This document shows, piece after piece, positions 15,148-25,890 of a stretch of DNA of 64,000 nt. The stretch comes from Eledone cirrhosa (taxonomy: Eukaryota), in contig OZ024741.1 of the NCBI GenBank assembly GCA_964016885.1, forward strand, positions 125,364,001-125,428,000. Direction: 5' to 3'. The translations under genes and the position numbers were made by a program. The first letter of the stretch is position 1, and every line of letters begins with the position of its first letter. A model generated the notes under the pieces. It saw only the letters and a program-made list of their open reading frames with translations, made no database searches and was not told the DNA's origin.

Positions 15148-15266
15148 CTTCTTCTGGAGGTTCTTCCCGAATCTCCTTCCGTGGAGGATCCACAAAATCG
15201 GGGTCGCATTGAAAACCTTCCTTCACCCGTAGAATACCAACACCAAATTGCATATCAAAGCCATCA
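15148..15266 (-). CDS. SLC12A2: SLC12 exon: HDGFDMQFGVGILRVKEGFQCDPDFVDPPRKEIREEPPEE
   Basis: acag/gtatga, 119 nt, phase 2-1; resembles NKCC1 HDAFDxQYGVxxIRxKEG. Confidence 0.93.
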
Positions 15267-15650
15267 CTGTAGAATGATAATAATAATAATAATAGTTTAT
15301 TTTATTTGCCACAAGGGCTCCAAAAGAGTGGATATTACAAAGACAAATTTCATTGTATTTCCTGGTATCAAAGACACTATTTTTTTTCCTAAAACAAGTC
15401 TCAAAAATCTAACATGCGTCCTAGAGGCCAAAGGTTGTTTTTTATTTTTTTTTTTATTTTTGGTTGTCAAAATTAGGGTGCGCCCTCAAAGACGAAATAT
15501 CTTTGGCGCCGGGAAATACAGTAGTGTATAACAACAACAAATCAAAGGGAAAACAATTTTGTACCCAGATCGTTATATATATATTCAAAATAAACAAAGG
15601 AATATAACAGCCCATGGATTTTATCTGTTATATTCCTTTGTTTATTTTGA

Positions 15651-15708
15651 ATACCTGATGATGTCACCAGATTCATACTGAACCCGGTCATTGAAATGAT
15701 CATAGTAT
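15651..15708 (+). ncRNA. Type I hammerhead motif, palindromic GAUC loop III
   Basis: AUAC-CUGAUGA-U...U-GAAA-U-GAUC-AUA-GUAU; second copy at 62115-62172 (-). Confidence 0.62.
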
Positions 15709-16056
15709 AATAAACCTTTCAAGGATTTACACCAGTCCAGCCTCCTGTTATTTTATAATAATTAACTCCGTACTCACACCACCAACTACACTAAAGACGG
15801 GCGAGTTGGATTACGTTGAGTGCTCTCCATAATATTACATCAAGGTTGACCATATGGAAGGACCAATTCTAGCTAGTGGTGAACCAACAAACCTAAATAA
15901 ATATATATATATATATATATAACCATCCTCCTGATACAGGAGAAACTCCAATACAGTAAGTGCCTCTTCCAATTTTCCTTCTTTCAACCCCATGCCAACA
16001 GCTAAAATACTGATTATGATAATGATGGTGAATTTGAAAATAGTTTTATTACTTAC

Positions 16057-16163
16057 TGAATGGTGTTAAAATAGTCTTCAACTTCTTTTGGTTCTCCTTG
16101 TCTCCATCGATTCTTAAAACCAATAACCATTGTGTTTGGACGTAATTTACCAATTCCACATGT
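16057..16163 (-). CDS. SLC12A2: SLC12 exon: TCGIGKLRPNTMVIGFKNRWRQGEPKEVEDYFNTI
   Basis: atag/gtaagt, 107 nt, phase 0-2; GxGxxxPNT motif. Confidence 0.95.
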
Positions 16164-16319
16164 CTATAGAAAAATAACATACACACACCATTAAATTATG
16201 TCAATACAGCTGTATTCAGAGGCAAAACTGGCCATATAGGTATTTGAGAAATGCTCAGTGGGCCACTTGACTGAACAAAACAAACAACAAAAAGAACAGT
16301 TAAAAAATACGGAAAATGA

Positions 16320-16820
16320 TGAGTGATGGAGCTTAATGGGACACTGGATGGATAAGTGGTAAGACAGGATGGGATCTTTCTAGATGGTTAAAGATCATGA
16401 GATATGGTGAATGGAGGTGTTTCAAGGGAGAAAGGAATGACATGGGTGACAGGACAGGGTGGGGTCTTTTCAGATAGTTAAGGTCTGTGATATGCGATGA
16501 AGTACTTCATGGGACAAAGAACTGGGTGTGTGTGGCAAACAGGGTGGATATCTCCAGATGGTTAAGGACTGTGGTAAATGGTGAACAGAGAAGCTTAATG
16601 GACAAAGGACTGGGGTGTGTGGCAGGACAGAGTGGAATCTTTTCAGATGGTTAAGGGTCATGGAATGTAATGAGTAGAAAGTCCTCGTGGGACAAAGGAC
16701 TGGGGTGTGTGGCAAGACAAGGTAGATATCTCCAGATGGTTAAGGAATGTGGTATGTTATGAATGGAAGGAGCTTAATGCGACAAAGTATTGGGGTGGGT
16801 GCCAAAGGATTGGGGTGGGT
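16320..16820. repeat. Degenerate tandem repeat of about 90 bp
   Basis: Recurring CAGATGGTTAAGG and GGACAAAGGACTGGGGTGTGTGGCA. Confidence 0.75.
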
Positions 16821-17013
16821 GGAATCTATCCAACACATACTAGTATGGAATAAAACAGATGTAATATGATGATGATGACGGTGATGGTGATTGTGATCAT
16901 GGCAATGATGATGGGAATGATGATGATGACAATGGTGGTGATGATATAAAGATGACAACAATAATGATGATATAACAATCATTAAAAAACATATAAATTT
17001 AAAGATAATATAC

Positions 17014-17148
17014 CTGCATGAATGCTTGGACACCTAATCGGAAATCAGGAGAAACAATCGGCGCATAAAAGCATTTCACTTTTCTTCGTTGAAGCCAACT
17101 GTATTCTTCCTTGGTCTTTTGTAGTTTTAAACTTTCGACATTTGGGTC
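17014..17148 (-). CDS. SLC12A2: SLC12 exon: DPNVESLKLQKTKEEYSWLQRRKVKCFYAPIVSPDFRLGVQAFMQ
   Basis: ccag/gtatat, 135 nt, phase 0-0; matches the NKCC WLxxxKxKAFY pattern (here KCFY). Confidence 0.92.
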
Positions 17149-17219
17149 CTGGCAGAGGATAGGAAGAGAACACCCAATAATATAAAGTTTAAGCTACATT
17201 AATATATATATAACAGAAA

Positions 17220-18235
17220 TAGTGTTGGTACCACAATAAATAGCAGACAGTCCACTCTGTAAAGTGGTAGTGTTGTGCCATGATAAAATGCAGTCAGTCC
17301 GCCCTGTAAAGTGGTAGTGTTGGTGCTATGATAAAATGCAGCCAGTCCACCCTGTAAAGTAGTAGTGTTGGTGCCATGATAAAATGCAGACAGTCCACTC
17401 TCTAAAGTGGTAGTGCTGGTGCCAAGATAAAACACAGTCAGTCCACTCTGTAAAGGGGTAGTGTTGGTGCCATGATAAAATGCAGACAGTCCACTCTCTA
17501 AAGTGGTAGTGTTGGTGCCAAGATAAAACACAGTCAATCCGCCCTGTAAAGTAGTAGTGTTGGTGCCATGATAAAATGCAACCAGGCAACCAGTCCACTC
17601 TGTAAAGTGGTAGTGCTGGTGCCAAGATAAAACACAGTCAGTCCACTCTGTAAAGTGGTAGTGTTGGTGCCATGATAAAACACAGTCAGTCCACTCTGTA
17701 AAGTGGTAGTGTTGGTGCCATGATAAAATGCAGACAGTCCACCCTGTAAAGTAGTAGTGTTTGTGCCATGATAAAATGCAGACAGTCCACTCTCTAAACC
17801 AGTAGTGCTGGTGCCAAGATAAAACACAGTCAGTCCACCCTGTAAAGGGGTAGTGTTGGTGCCATGATAAAATGCAGACAGTCCACTCTCTAAAGTGATA
17901 GTGCTGGTGCCAAGATAAAACACAGTCAGTCCACTCTGTAAAGGGGTAGTGTTGGTGCCATGATAAAATGCAGACAGTCCACTCTCTAAAGTGGTAGTGT
18001 TGGTGCCAAGATAAAACACAGTCAATCCGCCCTGTAAAGTAGTAGTGTTGGTGCCATGATAAAATGCAACCAGGCAACCAGTCCACTCTGTAAAGTGGTA
18101 GTGTTGGTGCCATGATAAAACACAGTCAGTCCACTCTGTAAAGTGGTAGTGTTGGTGCCATGATAAAATGCAGACAGTCCACTCTGTAAAGTGGTAGTCC
18201 TGGTGCCTCAATAAAAAGTACCTAGTACTCTGTAA
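17220..18235. repeat. 48-bp minisatellite (about 20 units, with 56-bp variants) derived from the RTE/SINE tail
   Basis: Unit GTGTTGGTGCCATGATAAAATGCAGACAGTCCACTCTGTAAAGTGGTA runs directly into a normal tail ending near 18390. Confidence 0.93.
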
Positions 18236-18655
18236 TGTGGTTGATATCAGGAAAGGTATTCAGCCGTAGAAACCATGCCAAATATGGAATGTATAAACAA
18301 GAGGAAGTCTTTCCGACCTGTCTGATCTCAAACTGAGACAACCCATCCAACCCATACCAGCATGGAAAGCAGACATAAAAATAATGACAATGATCATATT
18401 AAATTTAAATGACAAGTCATAATAAATACCTACAACCATGTACTTTACAAAGTACATAGGGTACATTTTATAGTAAGACCAACACTAGAGCAGCTGTCTT
18501 GTTACAAAACAATTGCAGTTGAGAGAGAAAATGGGGGGGGGGGGGACTAAAGAGAGAGTATAAGAGTAGGAAGAGAATTTTGCTACAATCTCATGTGTTA
18601 CAAGATGAGAAGAGTTAGCTAAAAAGATAATGTTGAAAATAAAAATTTTACAAAC

Positions 18656-18767
18656 CACGATAACATTACAGCACATCATCAAACTGGAATTACGAGTAAA
18701 ACTTGATGCAAAGTCCACCAAAGCAGGACGGCTACTGGGTAAACCACTTAGAAGGAGTACCTGAGGT
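18656..18767 (-). CDS. SLC12A2: SLC12 exon: RPQVLLLSGLPSSRPALVDFASSFTRNSSLMMCCNVIV
   Basis: tcag/gtttgt, 112 nt, phase 2-0. Confidence 0.93.
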
Positions 18768-20825
18768 CTGAATTAAAAAATAAAACAAAAAAATAATTGG
18801 GTTATAGTAAGATTCATAAAATAAACAGAAAATAAGAAAAATACATAGCAAAAAGAAATCAACAGATGCAGGCATGGTTGTGTGGTTAAGGAGTTCTTTT
18901 TACAACCGCATGGTTGTGGGTTCAATCCCACTACATGGCACCTTGGGCAAGTGCTTTCTTCTTTAGCCTTGGGTTGACCAATGCCTTATGAATGTAATTT
19001 TGTAGACAGAAACTTTAAAAGAAGCCATATATATATATATATACTAGCTGAGGTACCCAGCTTTGCCCGGGTGAACAGTTAAAAGAAGACGGGTAGAAGA
19101 GAAAACGACTGTATTAGATTTGTTGTCTGGTTCGCAGTATGAGGTGAGACCATGGTGTGTGCGTGTAAGACAAAAACAAAAAACAATCATAAAACTTCCA
19201 GATACACCAGATTCTTTGTTTTACTATTTGTGCATAGTATATGAAGATTTCTAGGTGTTCTGACTCATGAACAACCAACATATAACAGCCCATGAGTAAA
19301 ACCTGATTCTTTCAGATACATGCTCCAGCCAACGGGCTGAGGTCATGCTAGGGCACAGTACACATTTTCAAAAAATGTTACTGAGCTTATAATTATTCAT
19401 TTCAAATGGCAAAATTAGAAATACACTCGGTAGGTGCAATAGATAACGGTTTCTGATTTAGGCAAAAGGTCGACAATTGGGGGGGGGGGGGGGGGGGTTA
19501 AATCAACCCCAGTGCATTACTGGTACTTTATTTTATCGATTCCATAAGGATGAAAGACAAAGCTAACCTCGGGAGGGATTTAACTCAGAATGTAAAGGGA
19601 TGTAATTCTATGCTGCAAAATGATGACTGACACACTACCAATACTGCCAATCCACCGCCCTCTTAGGTGCAATAAATGATAAAGCTTGAAGTAGAAATTT
19701 GTTGATAACAATTGTTTACCAATAATGTTTGATAGATTGACAATATTTGTTATTTGGGAATCAGTGTTTGTCTCAAAGACAGGAAATTGATAAACTGAAT
19801 TAACAAAGGGATTGTATGTATGAACCCGTAGGGGCATCACATTGACATACTGTTTCTAGAGCATTTTTTAAAACCTGGCACAGCCTGTCTTCTCTCCAGG
19901 TCTGAATATAGCAGATTTCTTCCAGAAAATGAGATAGAGTAATAGAGTGGAAGTGAGAAAGGGATATAGAGGAAGAATCGACCCCAGTATTTGACACAAA
20001 CGTTTTTTTATTAATCTTGTTAGGATGACAGGCAAAGTTGACCTCAAAATTGACAGGCAAAGAAGATTTAAATGCAGAGAGCAGAGAGCCAAAATGAATA
20101 TCACAAAGCAATCTATCAAACATTCTAACAACTCTGCCAATTCACTGCCTTATAACAAAGGGACTACTTAAGATCTACTACAAGAAACTGAATAATGTAA
20201 TGAAATACGTGTGAAAAATCGAGATTTTGATGAATAACAAGGAACAAGTTTACAAAAGATATATACACATAGCTGTAGTCTGGGGGTAGTATAATACACA
20301 AGGATGTAATTTTATCCATTTTTGTTTTAGCTTCAGAAATATGGGTTGTATTATACTCAAGTCATTTTACAAACAAAGAAATTAGTTGATAACAATTGTT
20401 TACAAACAATATTTGATAGATTGATAATATTTGTTATTTAGAAATCAACATAACTGAACATTTGTTTGAAAGACAGAAAGTTGATAAAATAAATTAAGAT
20501 CTGTTGTTTTACATTCCTTAACATCATGAGTAACTGAATATTGTGGTGAAATATCTGAGAGATGGAGAGTTAGATGGATAACATGGTACAAGTTAACAAA
20601 AATGTGTACCTAAACAATGGCTGTACTACAGGTTAGTATTATATACAAGGATGTAATTTATTCCCAGTCGTTTTTTGCTTATTTTTTTCCCAGCTTGGAA
20701 ATAGGGGTCATATTATATGCAAGTTGTATTATATACAAAGATGCAATTTTTCTCAGCTTTGGGTTATTTTAGTTTGTTTTTTACTTGTTTAGACAAAGAA
20801 ATATTGTATTATTGTTTGAACTCAC

Positions 20826-20925
20826 CTGAAATTTTTTATATGGTCCTCAACAGCTACTAATTTGAGTGTAGATTGTAAAGCATTTTTATATACATGTGCT
20901 TGTGTTGATGATCCCCAGTTGACAT
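20826..20925 (-). CDS. SLC12A2: SLC12 exon, start of C-terminal domain: [17 protein letters not shown]...EDHIKNF
   Basis: ctag/gtgagt, 100 nt, phase 1-2; VNWGSS and DHxKNFRPQ motifs. Confidence 0.96.
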
Positions 20926-21589
20926 CTAGCATAGAGGCACACAGACAGAGCAGAAATAGAATAAATAAGGTTAAAATGAAGCTGATTAATTATTATAATT
21001 ACTGGGTGGAAGAGTCATTCTAGCCATTTAAAAAACAAACAAAAACTGTTATCTTTACTTTACATTTATCATTTATTTCCAGATTTAACGGACAAAATCA
21101 ACTGGCAGGTAATCCAGAGGTAGACCCTAAGCAAGATGATTGGATAACATCCATGAACTCAGCTGGTCTCACTTGGGCTTCCAGCCAGATCAATTAGAGA
21201 CAGATACTTCTGATAGAACCCACTGGAAGGCATGTTTGAGGACTCTGCCATCAAGGCTCTCCCAGGAATAAGTGGATGAAGAAGAAGGTTTCCTTATGTC
21301 AAAATTTTTGTCCCACTGTTTGTGACTTAATCACTGACACAGTTCCACTGCAACTCAGAGGCCCAGTGCCAATGGCCAGATCACAAACAGTGTGACAAAA
21401 GTTTTGACATCAAAAGATACATGATAAATATAAAATAAAGATAACAGATTTTGTGTTTTTAAATGGTTAAAAATGACTCTTCCACACAGTAACTGTTTTA
21501 ATTTCAACACATGGTCTCAGATCAAGTCACTGGCCAGACAAGTAAAACTCCAAAAAGATTAATTTGTTATTAACTCTTAATATCCTTAC

Positions 21590-22335
21590 CAACAGATATC
21601 CGATGCAGCTGCTTTCTACTACAACAATGCATTAAAAAAAGTGGTTTTAGTGAGAAGCTAACATATATTCAGCTTACCCATACCAACAGAACACACAGAG
21701 CCAGGAAAATCATCTGGTATAACCCTCCCTACAGTCTCAATGTATCTACCAACACAGCCAAACATTTCTTTCCCTTATAAGAAAGCATTGTCCCACCATA
21801 CACCACTACTATAAGATATTCAACAACAATATGGTTAAGGTAAGCTACAATAATATAAGATCATAAATCCTAAACAAGTATACCACACAACTAACAACAC
21901 ATCTCAGGCATCCCAGGAATGCAATTGTAGAGACCAAACTCAATGGCCACTGGAGAATAAATGCCTGTCCAGGGAGTTTGTATATAAAGCAGAAGTACAG
22001 GGGAAAAAATCTACATTGGACTGATAGAAAATACATTTAAATCCCACTTTACTTAACACCTGTATACATTCAATAACAGACAATTGCAGAATTCAACATC
22101 TCTGTCAAAATATATTTGGCAATTGAAAGACAGTGGAATGACAAACCCTACCATCAAAATGGAGTATTGTGGCAAAGGTGAAAGCCTACAATGAACTGAG
22201 CACGAGATGCTACTTATGTATCACTGCAAAACTAAATATCCTAGCCTCATCAACCACATCTTGAACTCTCAAGAGGAAACACTTCTCCTGCTTAACACAC
22301 AAAAAAGTTCTGCTTATGTAAATGTCAAAAGACAC
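21590..22335 (+). mobile_element. Decayed Penelope-like element ORF fragment (RT-EN linker and GIY-YIG)
   Basis: Frameshifted RKIIWYNPPYSLNVSTN...YKIFNNNMVKVSY...YKAEV...IYIGL...STSLSKYIWQLK...CYLC. Confidence 0.78.
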
Positions 22336-22646
22336 CACCAACCCCCACACAGTCTAGACTTTATATCTCACCAACCACTTGAAGTCCCTAAGCCTCACCA
22401 ACTGCAGATAATCCAGTATCAAAAATAATCTGTTTCATACATTTCACCATTCTTATGTGTTCTATGTCATTCTGGTGAAATGAGATATTTTGCAAAAGAA
22501 AACAAACAACACCTGGTCCAGGAATCAAACCCATATCCTTATCATTGTTAGTCCAACACTCTAACCTCTACGCCATGTATCTTCAAATAGTGTCAACTGC
22601 TGAACACAAAGTATAATGTGCTTATATTATAAAGAGTTAAGCATAC

Positions 22647-22802
22647 CTGGTTTTCTGTGATGTACATAAATATACAGTGAAGCTATGACAGCGAATGTGA
22701 GTAAAGCAGTCCACCATTTAATGATGAACATCACAGCAATGCATAATATGGCCCCTAATAAACTTATCCACATAGAATAAAATCGGAATGCTGGCCTCCA
22801 CC
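22647..22802 (-). CDS. SLC12A2: SLC12 exon, TM11-12: [21 protein letters not shown]...YVHHRKP
   Basis: acag/gtatgc, 156 nt, phase 1-1; WRPAF motif. Confidence 0.96.
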
Positions 22803-22840
22803 CTGTATAAGAAAAAAAATAATAATATCAATAATAATAA

Positions 22841-23445
22841 AGCAAGTTTTATGGCATAAAAACAGAGGAGAAATGGTACAAGCATCACCAACATTCAGTA
22901 ATAGGAGATGATAATGTGACAAATTTATGGGATTTTCCTGTAAACACTGACAGAACGATCAAGGCCAATAGACCTGATATAATTGTGAAGAACTATAAAA
23001 AGAAAACAGGATTTTTAATTGACATGAACATTCCACCAGATCATAACATCTTCTCAAAAGAGTTCCTAAAAGCTTAGTAAATAGAAAGATCTGATAATTG
23101 AAATTGAGAAAATAAGGCATCTTAAAGCATGTACAATACCAGTGATAGTTGGCGCACTTGGAATGATAAAAAGGGAAACTGAAAAATATTTGAACCGGAT
23201 ACCTGGAAAGCCAGTTCTGCATGAGATTCAGAAAACAGTGCTGACAGGAACTGTCCATGTCCTGAGAAGGGCATTTTCAATTTAAATACCTTGGAAAGAC
23301 ATTTACTGTTGTTTATGCTATTATTGTATCATTTGTTTGACAATTGATTGTTAAATGTGTGTGTTACCAAATTTTGCCTCAGGTGTCAGGTTGAAACTCA
23401 GAAGAAGCAGAATTCAGAGGAAGTTTCAAATAATGATAACAATAA
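22841..23445 (+). mobile_element. R4/Dong-like non-LTR retrotransposon fragment (restriction-like endonuclease domain)
   Basis: Frameshifted LWDFPVNTDRTIKANRPDIIV...LIDM...PVIVGALGMI; (TAA)-rich flanks. Confidence 0.8.
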
Positions 23446-23738
23446 TGTGGTGATAAAAGGGTTAAAGTGTTTACATAAATCTAAAAACCTTCCATCATGA
23501 TTAGATTAAGAACATTTGTTAAGTTTTGTTCCAAACACCAGCTTCATATTCTCAATTATTTCCAAACTAATTAGAAAATTAAAGGCAGTCTTTCATTAGA
23601 AATATTGTCATGAAAGACCTGAATGATGTTTGTATTGGTAGTGGTGATGATAGTGATGGTGTTTAAAACAGAACAAAAAGGTACATAAGGCAATGCCCCA
23701 GACTGATGACTTGAACAAGTAAAAGAGTATATACATAC

Positions 23739-23840
23739 CTGGAGAGTTAGCCAAAGAAGCATCAAAACAGGAATAGTTGATGAGAGCATAAGACATGAGG
23801 AAAAAATTAGATATAATTGGAGCAATAGCATTTAGTTCAC
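23739..23840 (-). CDS. SLC12A2: SLC12 exon, TM10: [34 protein letters not shown]
   Basis: tcag/gtatgt, 102 nt, phase 1-1; [13 protein letters not shown] motif. Confidence 0.96.
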
Positions 23841-24030
23841 CTGAGGAGAGAAAGAGAGAAAAGTAATAGAGTCATTAATGAAGAAATAATGCAAGGTATG
23901 ATGTAATTTATAACTGTCAGCAACAACTGAGGAGATAACGTCCTATATATATATATAACGGCGATGAATTAGTTTTGCGAGGTTTTTTATATGAAATCGT
24001 GTGTCGAAACAAATATTGTTATACTTGGGG

Positions 24031-24068
<38 letters not shown>

Positions 24069-24200
24069 ATATATATATATATAGGTAAGTTATTCCGGGT
24101 TGAATCGGAGGTAACCACAGTAAGTAAGGTACTCAATACATAGAGTATAAAAGTTTTAATATAGATGAGATTCTACAGAACTAGAACTGTTTCATTCTTT

Positions 24201-24257
24201 ATGAGATTCCTGATGATTTCTAAAGAATGAAACAGTTCTAGTCCTGTAGAATCTCAT
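24201..24257 (+). ncRNA. Type I hammerhead ribozyme with U.U at 10.1/11.1
   Basis: AUGAGAUUC-CUGAUGA-U-UUC-UAAA-GAA-U-GAAA-CAG-UUCUAGUC-CU-GUA-GAAUCUCAU; 9-bp stem I, 4-bp stem III. Confidence 0.72.
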
Positions 24258-24280
24258 CTATATTAAAACTATATATATAG

Positions 24281-24312
<32 letters not shown>

Positions 24313-24457
24313 GTATATGCATGTATATATATCTATATATATATATATGTATATATATATATGTATATGTATGTATATATATCTATATATATATATATAT
24401 ATGTGTACGTATATATATCTATATATATATATATGTATACGTATATATGTGTGTGTA

Positions 24458-25090
24458 TGACAATGCGAAGAAATACCTATGATGTCTAGTAGACAACTGA
24501 TGATGGATATTCCTAACTTCTATTTCTAATTCTTCATTTTTTATACATAATTGCAACAACACAGCTTGCCATTTTTTATTCATATATGCTTTCCCCTTTG
24601 CTGTAACCTGTCTTTTTTCTCTTCCCTTGCTGCTATCCTCTTTCTCTCTCCCCCTTCTCTCTCCTTCTCCCTCTTACTTTCACTCACCCCCTCGGCTAGC
24701 CTCTTCCTCGCACTTTCACTCACTCACTCTCTGCTACTCACCCTCTCTCTCATTTCCTCCATCTTCTCGCTCACATCTGTACGGTTAAGATGTGTCTTTC
24801 GTCTCCTCGTTAATATTCACCTGTTCGAAATGAATTGATTTTTTCATTTTTTCCTCTCTTTACGTTGCCTCACCATTCGTGTGTTTACCTGTCTTTCTCT
24901 TTCTCCACCCAGCTCTTTTTATCCCAATAACTTATTTTAGTTATTGTATCGCCCTAGACGGAGGTATATTGTCTGTACTGCGAAGAAATACCTATGATGT
25001 CTAGTAGACAACTGATGATGGATATTCCTAACTTCTATTTCTTCATTTTTTATACATAATTTCAACAACACAGCTCGCCATTTTTTATTC
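24458..25090 (+). mobile_element. Non-autonomous Penelope-like relic with direct repeats (about 24464-24582 and 24979-25091) among TA/CA microsatellites
   Basis: About 110-nt direct repeat around a pyrimidine-rich spacer; carries the rearranged hammerhead. The PLE assignment is inferred from the architecture. Confidence 0.55.
24949..25019 (+). ncRNA. Putative rearranged (non-circularly permuted) hammerhead ribozyme with kink-turn, copy A
   Basis: GGUAU-A-UUGUCUG...A-GAAA-UACC-UAU-GA-U-GUCUAG-UAGACAA-CUGAUGA-U; covaries with the copy at 40851. Confidence 0.7.
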
Positions 25091-25890
25091 ACACACACAC
25101 GCACACACACACACACAAGTTTGACCATCTAATAACCCTGTAAACATACAGGAGAAACACCAGAGTAAAATTATTAATCTTTGTGATATTGAGTACTTAA
25201 TCTCAGGTTTGTCGATACTAAACACACACAGACACACACATATAAGATGTTACTTCATACATCATATTAAGAAAAGTAGACTGTAGACTGTAGATATTTT
25301 TATAAGATAGAATGCCAGATGTTCAAGCTTAAACTGGCTTAAACTGGTTTAAACTTGACCATCAAGCACGTTATGGTTTATAATAGTGATTTCTAATTTT
25401 GGCATAAGATCAGGAAGTTTGGGGGAAGAGCAAAGTTGATTAAATCAACCCCAGTGTAGTCTCTAATAATTATTTCTAATTTTGGCATAAGGCCAGCAAG
25501 CTTGGGAGAGGGTAAAGTTGATTAAATCAACTCCAGTTCATAACTGGTACTTTATTTGATATAACCCAGAATGATGAAAGGCAAAGTTGACCTCAGTATT
25601 TGAACTCAGAATGTAAAATTGTCAGAACAAATACAATGGCATCTTATTCGAAGCTCTATCAATTCTTCCAAGTCACTACACTTTTCTTGTCTATCATAAT
25701 AATTCTTTCTAAAATTATCACAAATCTATCAATTTGGTGGGAGAGAAGAAAGTTGATTATTTTGACCCTGGTACATAACTGGCGCTTCTTTTTACTGACC
25801 CCCAGAAGGATGCCTGGCAAAGTTGATCCCAGAAAGAAGGATATGAAGTCAGAATGTAGAAAGTCGTAACAAAATACCTCACAGCATTTT

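Noticed and set aside
17199-18211. 304-aa and 225-aa ORFs with WHQHY / GTNTTTL repeats
   Set aside because: Translation of a 48-bp minisatellite inside an SLC12 intron; no independent gene signals.
17220-18235. CRISPR-like regular arrays (also 13366-13757 and 25891-26221)
   Set aside because: Units abut with no unique spacers, there are no cas genes, and the context is a eukaryotic intron.
24990-25022. SECIS or box C/D snoRNA reading of AUGA...CUGAUGA
   Set aside because: The helix between the GA motifs is far too short for a SECIS and has no properly spaced apical AA. The box order does not fit a snoRNA. Covariation instead supports the k-turn with the upstream GA and the stem I pseudoknot.
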